From: Candidatus Woesearchaeota archaeon
GTDB taxonomy: Archaea; Nanobdellota; Nanobdellia; Pacearchaeales; GW2011-AR1
Assembly (NCBI GenBank): GCA_964498295.1
Contig: CAZCGJ010000002.1
Location: forward strand, 1 to 52,730
DNA length: 52,730 nucleotides
Direction: 5' to 3'
Shown here: piece after piece, positions 8,722 through 16,867 of the stretch
Position numbering within the stretch: position 1 is the first letter of the stretch
How the letters are laid out: each line of letters opens with the position of its first letter
The notes under the pieces: model-generated
The model's database searches: none
What the model was told of the DNA's origin: nothing
The model's input: only the letters and a program-made list of their open reading frames with translations
Translations under genes and position numbers: made by a program

Positions 8722-9537
8722 TTACGAAAATATTATTCCCGCTAGGTAATCACGAAATTCGAATAAAATAAGAGCAAATAAAAAAGAAGGAGCATATGGA
8801 ATACCGTCTTTAATAAAAACTTTTTTGTTAAATTTTTTCATATAAGATATTTCTTCTTCGCTTAATCCATCCCAATTTTTTTTAAATAATTTTTTACCAA
8901 TTTTCACGTCGGAAAAAAGCCAGTCACCGACTCTTAGCTCTTTTGTTTTAATATATTTTTTCATCGAAACTTCTTCAATACTTTTTGCAAAACAGATTAA
9001 AAAAACAAATAAGAAAATAAACAAAGAAAAAATAAAAAACATTTTCTCAATAAAACCTAAAAAAAACAAAATAACTACGAGACTAGATAAAAGATAGTTA
9101 TATTTTTTATGATAATTTTTTATAAATTCTAATTTTGTTTTCTTGAAATCCTTAAAGAAAAAATAAAAAGAAAATAATAAGCTATAAATGCTTCCACACA
9201 CAAAAAGCAAAATAGTATAGATCATCAAATTATACAATGAAGAAACTATAAGAGAAGTAAACATTAAAGGCGACAATGCAAAAAAAAGTTTTGAGTCTCC
9301 TCCGGAAAAAAATCTACCGTAATAAAATGCAAAACTAAGTATTACAACAAAAAAAACAAACAAACCAAAAGTAACTAAAGAAGTAGAATTGGTAAATAAG
9401 TTTTGAGTACAGCCCAAATACAAAACACCTGAAGAGAAGATAAACAGATTCAACCAGTCATCAATTTCTCTCCTAGTAAAATCCTGAAAAACAGCGATTA
9501 ATGCACCGACTAGATAAATAAAAAAAAGAAAGTTCAT
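8722..9537 (-). CDS. prepilin/preflagellin peptidase (A24 family)
   Basis: Polytopic membrane protein with two Asp motifs: REIDDW and FSGGDSKLFFA (the GxGDxK type). Confidence 0.75.
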   Translation of the reverse strand: MNFLFFIYLVGALIAVFQDFTRREIDDWLNLFIFSSGVLYLGCTQNLFTNSTSLVTFGLFVFFVVILSFAFYYGRFFSGGDSKLFFALSPLMFTSLIVSSLYNLMIYTILLFVCGSIYSLLFSFYFFFKDFKKTKLEFIKNYHKKYNYLLSSLVVILFFLGFIEKMFFIFSLFIFLFVFLICFAKSIEEVSMKKYIKTKELRVGDWLFSDVKIGKKLFKKNWDGLSEEEISYMKKFNKKVFIKDGIPYAPSFLFALILFEFRDYLAGIIFS

Positions 9538-9696
9538 CTTGATTCATTACTGACAACATTCATTGTCCTAAATCTTCCGCCTCTTTTAAACTGTCTATTC
9601 TTTCTTTTTTTCTTATCATCATTTTTATTCTTTCTCCTTTCGGAGTATCCATAGTCATCCATAAAGTATTAATAAAACGCGCATTATTAAATATTA

Positions 9697-11886
9697 CTAA
9701 CCGAATCCTTTCAAAACAACTGCCCCTAATAAAGACAATCCAGTAATAGAACCTAACGCAATAATCAAATAAAGAGTCATCCCATGTTTAAGATTTACAC
9801 CAATCTCAGCAGTCTGTTCCAATTCATCTTTACCCGATTTAATAATAACTAGCGTAGTTGTTAAAATAAATATTATCTCAATTAAATAAATTCCAATAGA
9901 AACTTGTATCCAATATGGAGCAACCATAGCAGTAGACTTGAATATAGACAAGACGCCCCCTAGACCAAAACCACTTACCTGAGAAGTACTAGCAGTTGCT
10001 GTTGCAGTAGATAAAGCTCCTAAGATGGCAGTAATCATTCCAGATAAACCTACAATTATACCTGAAAGTAATGGAGCTAAGAAAGTCATATTTGATTTCA
10101 TATCAGAAATAATATCTGCAAGCAAATCAGTTAATCTCTCATCAATCTTTCTAATATTTTTAACATAATCAGAAATAGACATTAAACTTCTAGCTGCAAC
10201 CTGCAAACCTTTCTTAGAAGACTCAATCAAAATTCTCATAGAAGTTTCAATCAAATGAGAAGGATAGAAAACAATTGCTCCTCGTTTAGGATTAAACAAC
10301 GCATTCTCAACTGACATACCTAATTGTTGAATATTCTGATTAACTAATCTGAAAAAACCTTCAGTTGAAGTCCCCTTAACAGAATCTAAAACTTTAGAGA
10401 ACGCAATCTCAGGAGGCATACCATCTCCAAGCCTATTACCTAATTGAAATAACGAAGAAGTAAACTCTGCTTCTACTTCCTTATACTTCTCTCTCTCGAC
10501 AAGCAATCTTTTTGTCCTCTGAGAATTTGCAATAATAAATACAAGAGAGATAGAGAGGGGAACAAGTAAAGAAAGGAGCAAGGACAATATCCCACTTGGC
10601 CCTACTAAAACACCATTTAATTCTTGTATACCGAACACACCTGTATTCTTTCCCAACATCTCCAAACCAACACTACCCCAAGTAGGATCTAAAGGAAGAT
10701 TAAACCAAGAGTGAATAGGCAAATACATCCACAGTAAAGGAAGAATTCCTAAAAAGAAAAGAGGAAAACAAATAAGACTGGCATTAATATAAGGTTGATT
10801 AGTGTTATATAAATAGTATAAAGGATTCTTTTGCAACAAACTAGATTCACCATAACCTCCTGGCCTCTCTTGAACAACTTTTTGTGTCATAAAAATAACA
10901 AAGAATGGAACAAGCAAATTAAACACAACAAAAAGATGATACCATTTAATCCCACCACCCAACATAGTAGTAGCCAAAGGTAAAATAGCTAAAGACAAAG
11001 TAGGTAAAACAATACCTAACATATAGATATTTGTTAACGGAGATTTAACGTTATGAGTATACTTTAACATTTTTTCATAAACACCATCTAAAATAACTTG
11101 TAAAGATTTTTCTAAGAATGCAACTCTTCTTGATTCAGAAGGCTCATACAAACTAGATTCAATTAAATGAAACGCCTCTATAAATTCTAATGAAAAATCT
11201 CTCCATGTTTCCAAATAATGATCAACACTGTCTTTAACAGTAGAGTATCTTCCAATTTGGACATCCCAAAAAACTTTTTTGAAATCTAAAGCTAAAGGCT
11301 CATCTAAATGTTGAGCAGCGAATGCCACTGCCTTTTCAAAGTTACTAGTATGTTTCATATAAATAACAATATACAAAATTGCCGGAACCATTTGGGAAGA
11401 AGCTTTCAATCTCCACTCAATTGCTAATTTTTTAGGATATCCTGCAGTGTAAAAATAAATTACAACAGACGCAAGAACTGCTAAAAAAAGTAACATTTTT
11501 GGAAATGTTTCAACAGTAGGATCTGGCATTAACAACCAATAGGAGATTATTGCGAGGAAGCTAAGCAAAAATACAAGTAAAAAAGAAAGAATTGCAAAAC
11601 CACCCGCCTCATCAGGAGTGATATTAAGATGAGCAATATCAATATTTTTCTGTAATTCTTGAGCATCTTTCTTTGACGCCTTAACATGAATTAAATTTCC
11701 AACATTCTTACACCACTTTTCATAACCAGTATAGTTTTGCACAAGACCCTTTCTAAAATCCTGATAAGACTTACTATATTCTGCAACATCTACATTTCCT
11801 TTGTCAAAACTATTAACTTGTCCACCTAACTTAGCTTCATACTTCTTTAGAATTTCATCTGTACTCGGTTTTGTAGCCATACTCAC
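9697..11886 (-). CDS. type IV pilus/archaellum platform membrane protein (GspF/TadC/ArlJ-like)
   Basis: 729-aa polytopic protein immediately downstream of the secretion ATPase. The size and alternating cytoplasmic helical and TM blocks fit this family. The track start is GTG; an ATG follows at 11880. Confidence 0.65.
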   Translation of the reverse strand: MSMATKPSTDEILKKYEAKLGGQVNSFDKGNVDVAEYSKSYQDFRKGLVQNYTGYEKWCKNVGNLIHVKASKKDAQELQKNIDIAHLNITPDEAGGFAILSFLLVFLLSFLAIISYWLLMPDPTVETFPKMLLFLAVLASVVIYFYTAGYPKKLAIEWRLKASSQMVPAILYIVIYMKHTSNFEKAVAFAAQHLDEPLALDFKKVFWDVQIGRYSTVKDSVDHYLETWRDFSLEFIEAFHLIESSLYEPSESRRVAFLEKSLQVILDGVYEKMLKYTHNVKSPLTNIYMLGIVLPTLSLAILPLATTMLGGGIKWYHLFVVFNLLVPFFVIFMTQKVVQERPGGYGESSLLQKNPLYYLYNTNQPYINASLICFPLFFLGILPLLWMYLPIHSWFNLPLDPTWGSVGLEMLGKNTGVFGIQELNGVLVGPSGILSLLLSLLVPLSISLVFIIANSQRTKRLLVEREKYKEVEAEFTSSLFQLGNRLGDGMPPEIAFSKVLDSVKGTSTEGFFRLVNQNIQQLGMSVENALFNPKRGAIVFYPSHLIETSMRILIESSKKGLQVAARSLMSISDYVKNIRKIDERLTDLLADIISDMKSNMTFLAPLLSGIIVGLSGMITAILGALSTATATASTSQVSGFGLGGVLSIFKSTAMVAPYWIQVSIGIYLIEIIFILTTTLVIIKSGKDELEQTAEIGVNLKHGMTLYLIIALGSITGLSLLGAVVLKGFG

Positions 11887-12038
11887 TCTCTTTTACATAT
11901 AACCATTCCCGACTATATAAATATTTAGAAAAAATAATTAAAGAATTTTATACTCGAGAGCCCCAGATAAATCCGAGGCAAAGCTTCTCGAGTTGTACAA
12001 AATTAATGAGAAATGACACTTCTTAAAGCTAACTAAAA

Positions 12039-14306
12039 TTACAAATTCACACGTTTAGATTCTTTTTCTAGCCATTTCTTCCATTCTGGGAAAACTCTAT
12101 TTGAGTCTGGCAAACCAACCTCAGCCATTATCTTTTCAGATATTTGATGAAACGCATTATTTGAACGAACAGTAAATTCTGCTTCAAGCAATTCAGGATT
12201 TTCAGTCTTCTGCGCAAATGAAACAGTTTCTTCTTTTATCTTCTGTCTTAAAGTAATATTATCCCAAACAGCATCCCAATTTCCAGCCCAACCTTTTACA
12301 TTTGATGCAATATCTTTTATAATTTCAGAATCTCCATTAATCAAATCGTCAGTAGGTTTTAATTTATCTTCTTTAACTTCATATTTCAACAAATCAACAA
12401 ACCCACCTTCAGCCAAAGGGTCTTTAGTCCAATGCTTTCTAACTTCAGAAATACTCAAAACTCTTCTCCAAGATTTCATTCCGTCTGGAGACTTTACCGG
12501 ATTAGCAACTAAAATACAATCTGTAGCTTTGAAAGAAGTTACCGGAACACCTAAGTCATTTACAACTCTATCAAAAATACCATAAGGAGATGCACCGTGA
12601 ATAGTACCTGCTACAACATTTGCAAGTGCACCAATTCTCATTGCTTCATACAAAGCCTTAGCTTCGCCGCTTCTGATTTCACCAACTATCAAAGAAGAAT
12701 CTCCAAGTCTCAGAGAAGCCCTGATACCTTCTTCAGCAGAAACTTCTGTTGTTTCACCAGTTAATGCACTTCTAACTTTCATTGATAAAATATTATAATC
12801 TAAATCTCTTAAAGCATCAACTGGAAGTTCAGGAGTGTCTTCAACAGTAATAACCCTATAACGAGGCATAATCTCTAACATTAAAGCACCCAAAACAGAA
12901 GTCTTACCAGATGAACGAGTACCTGCAACCAATAAAGTTCTTGCACCATCTATTAAGAAACTCATAACGCCCGCACCGAGCCCATCAATCATTTTGTTTT
13001 TAATAAATAAAGGAAGAGTCCATGGTTTTGTTCTGTGTCTTCTAACAGAATATGCCAAACCACCAATCGAAAGAGGCTGTTGAATAATAGCGACTCTCGC
13101 ACTCATATCACTTAAACTTAAATTTGTATCAAGAATAGGGTTTGCTTCATCTAAAGCTCTACCAGAAAGCATTCTAAATTTTGCAGCCCAAGATTCAACA
13201 TCTTCTTGTGATAAAACGAGATTAGAAGAACACTCTTCATAATCATTATGCCTAACAAAAACCCGTGAAAGCGCAACCGGAGCATTTAAGGAAATATCCT
13301 GAAGCTTTTCGTCCTGTAATAATACTTCTAGAATACCAAAACCTATAGTGTATCTAACTAAAATATGCGCAAGAAGATTCAACTCAGGATAACTTAAAGA
13401 AATTGTTTTGCTATTAGCAAGATCTTGTAATAAATCACGCGCAACATTAAAGAAAACCTGCCTAGTTCTCTCAACATCACTAAATTCTTCCTGTGTAGGC
13501 CTATGTTCAATTAAAACATTTCTCGCCAAGTTAAGCAAAGTATGGTGTTCTTCTCTAAGTGAATATTCTGGAGGAGCCAAACTGTAAATAAGTTTTGCCT
13601 TGTTAGGTTCTTTAAAAATAGTAACTGTACTTTTATCATAGCCAGAAGCTATTTCATATTGATCAATAATTTCCGAATCCTCTGGAATCTTGGAAATCAT
13701 CCTAGTAAATGTAAAGTTAGGCATAATATCTGGCCTAAAAAGCTTAGAATAAATTTCTCGACTATCTGAATACCCTTGCTCAATTAAAACTTGATATTTT
13801 TTTATTAAAGAAATATTTTCAAAGTATTTGATAAGTTTCTCGAGCAACCAGATATATTGATTATTGTTAACTCCTTTTGAATTTGACACTTTCTCTGCGA
13901 CAAGAGTTGCATTTAGAAATCTGTAAGCCTTCAGAGGATCATATTTGAGTAAAGTATTAACAAGATAATTAAGAGTATTATATATTCTCGGAAAGTCAGG
14001 AAATGAAGAAAGTTTTTCATTACTTAGAACTTGCTCTTGTTTTATTAAAAAATTATACAATGAAGCAACTTCTACAAGCATTTGAACTTGGCTAAAATTG
14101 TAAGAATAGTTTCTTTGTTGCACTAAAACAACCCTAGTAATATTAGAATTTTCTGCTAATGCATCTATTGTTTTAACCATAACCTCCGGAGAATCTGCAA
14201 TAGAAGGTACAGAAGCATCACCGAGATAATTAATATACATTACATTCTCCCCGGATTCGCTGATTACCTCATACGAATACAGAGCCGTTTCTGGTTTGAA
14301 CATCAC
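12039..14306 (-). CDS. type II/IV secretion-family ATPase (ArlI/PilB/VirB11-like) with a long N-terminal extension
   Basis: Walker A AGTRSSGKTS and a Walker B/Asp box LIVGEIRSGEA. At 755 aa it is longer than typical ArlI. The track start is GTG; an ATG lies at 14303. Confidence 0.85.
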   Translation of the reverse strand: MMFKPETALYSYEVISESGENVMYINYLGDASVPSIADSPEVMVKTIDALAENSNITRVVLVQQRNYSYNFSQVQMLVEVASLYNFLIKQEQVLSNEKLSSFPDFPRIYNTLNYLVNTLLKYDPLKAYRFLNATLVAEKVSNSKGVNNNQYIWLLEKLIKYFENISLIKKYQVLIEQGYSDSREIYSKLFRPDIMPNFTFTRMISKIPEDSEIIDQYEIASGYDKSTVTIFKEPNKAKLIYSLAPPEYSLREEHHTLLNLARNVLIEHRPTQEEFSDVERTRQVFFNVARDLLQDLANSKTISLSYPELNLLAHILVRYTIGFGILEVLLQDEKLQDISLNAPVALSRVFVRHNDYEECSSNLVLSQEDVESWAAKFRMLSGRALDEANPILDTNLSLSDMSARVAIIQQPLSIGGLAYSVRRHRTKPWTLPLFIKNKMIDGLGAGVMSFLIDGARTLLVAGTRSSGKTSVLGALMLEIMPRYRVITVEDTPELPVDALRDLDYNILSMKVRSALTGETTEVSAEEGIRASLRLGDSSLIVGEIRSGEAKALYEAMRIGALANVVAGTIHGASPYGIFDRVVNDLGVPVTSFKATDCILVANPVKSPDGMKSWRRVLSISEVRKHWTKDPLAEGGFVDLLKYEVKEDKLKPTDDLINGDSEIIKDIASNVKGWAGNWDAVWDNITLRQKIKEETVSFAQKTENPELLEAEFTVRSNNAFHQISEKIMAEVGLPDSNRVFPEWKKWLEKESKRVNL

Positions 14307-14415
14307 TTTCTTTTTTCACCTCAGAAACAGATAGAAGAACAACATTAAAAAGATTTGTATATAGAATAGAACTTGAGCAAACTCTTATAAATACCCAAAT
14401 CATATAATATAAAAG

Positions 14416-14835
14416 ATGGCGGATCAACAACAAGACAATCAGTTACAATACCTTCTATCGGATTTAGGGACCCGTATGAGAGAACTTGAAGAAAGAACAA
14501 GCTCAATAAAAGAAAGAGTTCTATTAATAAATTCAAACATGATTGACTCAAAAGAAGAAATAGAACAGAGAGTTCTAGCAATAGAAAAACAAAATGCAAA
14601 TCTTACTGCCGATTTAAAAAAAATTAATTCAACAATACAAAATATTCTAGCAGAAACAAATAATTTTGTAAGAAAAGACGAAATAATCTTAGTTGAAAGA
14701 ATGCTAAAAGACTTTCAACCATTAGAATTTGCAAGAAGAAAGGACTTAGAAGAATTAAAAGAGAGTATGAACATAAAAGCAGATGAAAGAATAATAAATC
14801 CAAAAGAAATAAAAACCAGAGAAACGACAGAATAG
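14416..14835 (+). CDS. coiled-coil protein, hypothetical
   Basis: 139 aa, heptad-rich and charged. Divergent from the secretion ATPase. Confidence 0.55.
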   Translation: MADQQQDNQLQYLLSDLGTRMRELEERTSSIKERVLLINSNMIDSKEEIEQRVLAIEKQNANLTADLKKINSTIQNILAETNNFVRKDEIILVERMLKDFQPLEFARRKDLEELKESMNIKADERIINPKEIKTRETTE

Positions 14836-14836
14836 T

Positions 14837-15421
14837 ATGATTCAGGTGAATAGAGTTGTACAAATGCAACAGCAAGGAATGTCGGACAATGACATCATAA
14901 CTGCATTAAAAAATGAAGGCGTTTCTTCAAAAGATATTTCGGATTCATTGGCACAAGCAAGAATAAAAATGGCAGTATCACAAGAAGACCAAACAGCAGA
15001 ATATCCTCAACAAGCACAGTATGCACCTCAAGAACAGCAGTACGCTCCACAAGATCAAGGACAATATGCACCTCAACAATATGCAGAACAAGGTTCGATG
15101 AGTATTGAAACAATAACTGAAATTGTAGATAGAATTATAGCAGAAAAACTCAAGGAAATTAATCAAAAAATAAAACCAGTTGTAGATTTCAAAAATAAAG
15201 CAGAAGAAGACATTACAGATCTAAAAGAAAGAGTTAAACGAATTGAATCAATGATGGATGCATTACAAAAATCAGTAATTGGAAAAGTAGGCGAATTTGG
15301 ACAATCAACTTCTATGATTCATCAAGACTTAGAAAACTTACACGGAACAGTTTCAAAACTAATGAATCCTTTAATTGATAATTATAATGAATTGAAGAAA
15401 GCAAATACTTCTAGAAAATAA
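14837..15421 (+). CDS. coiled-coil protein with a Q/P-rich repeat linker, hypothetical
   Basis: 194 aa. Starts 1 nt after the previous stop. The internal low-complexity run is YPQQAQYAPQEQQYAPQDQGQYAPQQYAEQ. The C-terminal half is coiled-coil-like. Confidence 0.55.
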   Translation: MIQVNRVVQMQQQGMSDNDIITALKNEGVSSKDISDSLAQARIKMAVSQEDQTAEYPQQAQYAPQEQQYAPQDQGQYAPQQYAEQGSMSIETITEIVDRIIAEKLKEINQKIKPVVDFKNKAEEDITDLKERVKRIESMMDALQKSVIGKVGEFGQSTSMIHQDLENLHGTVSKLMNPLIDNYNELKKANTSRK

Positions 15422-15451
15422 ATCTATAAAAAATAATTATAACAACAAAAA

Positions 15452-15937
15452 TTACTTAGTTACTTTCTTTGTAAGTACCCAAGAAACAAAGCCAGCAAGA
15501 ACAATCAAGATAATCATTCCAGCCCAGTCATTATTAAACCAAGCGTCAACAGTATCAAAACTTATAGCCCAATTAAAAGTATAACTTGAAGAAACTACAA
15601 ACATAATAACAACAATAGCAACTAAAACACCTGCAAAACTCTTTTCTTTTGTAAAAAATTTCAAAGCATCTTCACCTACAAAACTAAGCATCAGCAAAAT
15701 CATAAATAAACATACAATAAATACGACAAACCATGAAACATTCATTTTGGTAAATTCAACTAAATCTACATTAACTATAAAAAAAGAAGCAATAATAAGA
15801 GATAAAAATAAAGGAACCCAATTATTATCTCCTCCTAAAATTTTAGTCTTTACAAGCAAAGCATAAATTAAAATAAAAATAAATAAGAAAGAAATTACAG
15901 GCATAATAGTATTGATTGCAGCAAGTGAAACTACCAT
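15452..15937 (-). CDS. polytopic membrane protein, paralogue family member
   Basis: 161 aa. Shares its architecture and an N-terminal hydrophobic FxFIxIxYALLxKTKxxG-type motif with 15939..16460 and 19061..19549. Confidence 0.55.
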   Translation of the reverse strand: MVVSLAAINTIMPVISFLFIFILIYALLVKTKILGGDNNWVPLFLSLIIASFFIVNVDLVEFTKMNVSWFVVFIVCLFMILLMLSFVGEDALKFFTKEKSFAGVLVAIVVIMFVVSSSYTFNWAISFDTVDAWFNNDWAGMIILIVLAGFVSWVLTKKVTK

Positions 15938-15938
15938 C

Positions 15939-16460
15939 TTAATCTTTCTTGACTATCCAGTAGATTAGTCCTCCAATAGCGCCAATCAAAATTAATCCCC
16001 AGAAGTACTCTTCTAAGAAGTAAGTAACTCCCCAATTATCAACCCCGTAAAGATTATTCCATTCTGACCAAGCCCATAAAACAACACCTAAGCCCAATAC
16101 CCATCCTATCCAAGACAAAGATGCTGGATTTTTACCAGTAGGATCTGGTTTATAGAAGAAACCAATCAAAATTAATAAAACCAAAAATATTGCTAAAGCA
16201 ATTCCAAAACGAGGAAAGATAGTTGCAAAAAAAGTAGAAACATAATCATTCAATAAAGAAATAAAAGCAACTGAAACAGCAATAATTGCATTAATACCGT
16301 TCACATTCTTTTGACCATCTGTCTTAGCATTACCAAACAACTGAGTCTTCTGCAAGATAGCAAAAACTATTGAGAAAATAATTAAAAAAGGAAACACATA
16401 TGAGAAGACCCCATACTCTGCCCAAGTATTCAGTACCTGCGTAATATCTAATGTAGCCAT
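15939..16460 (-). CDS. polytopic membrane protein, paralogue family member
   Basis: 173 aa. Contains FPFLIIFSIVFAILQKTQLFG. Its stop lies 1 nt before the next gene's ATG. Confidence 0.55.
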   Translation of the reverse strand: MATLDITQVLNTWAEYGVFSYVFPFLIIFSIVFAILQKTQLFGNAKTDGQKNVNGINAIIAVSVAFISLLNDYVSTFFATIFPRFGIALAIFLVLLILIGFFYKPDPTGKNPASLSWIGWVLGLGVVLWAWSEWNNLYGVDNWGVTYFLEEYFWGLILIGAIGGLIYWIVKKD

Positions 16461-16597
16461 AAATTAAACCAGTATTTATAGTTTATAAATTCTTCTGTAG
16501 AATAAACTAAAACAGAATAAATAATACAACTGACGTTAGTTCGCACCTGTGTTTCTAAAAAGAAAACAAATATAAAAACAAAAAAGCAAACAATATT

Positions 16598-16867
16598 ATG
16601 AAATACCATCATTTACTAAAAACGAAACGTTCCTTCAAACAAGAATTCAAAAAACAGATCAGATTTGCGATAACCGCAGCAATCGGATTTACAATAGCCT
16701 TTGCATGGAGAGAAGCAGTATTCGATCTATTCTTAAATTTCACATCAAGAGTCTTAGATTTATCATTTGAACATTACTCCACAAAAATTTACACAGCAAT
16801 AGTTATTACAGTCCTAGGAGTATTACTTATTTTTCTCACATCAAAAATATTAAAAGAAAAGCAATAA
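16598..16867 (+). CDS. small two-TM membrane protein, hypothetical
   Basis: 89-aa ATG ORF with a basic N-terminus followed by two hydrophobic helices. Confidence 0.45.
   Translation: MKYHHLLKTKRSFKQEFKKQIRFAITAAIGFTIAFAWREAVFDLFLNFTSRVLDLSFEHYSTKIYTAIVITVLGVLLIFLTSKILKEKQ

Noticed and set aside
11952-11993. 8-bp perfect hairpin (ACTCGAGA / TCTCGAGT, 26-nt loop) between the ATPase and platform genes
   Set aside because: It is a single short stem, with no repeat elsewhere and no known archaeal attenuator of this form. It was noted but is not strong enough to report as a feature.
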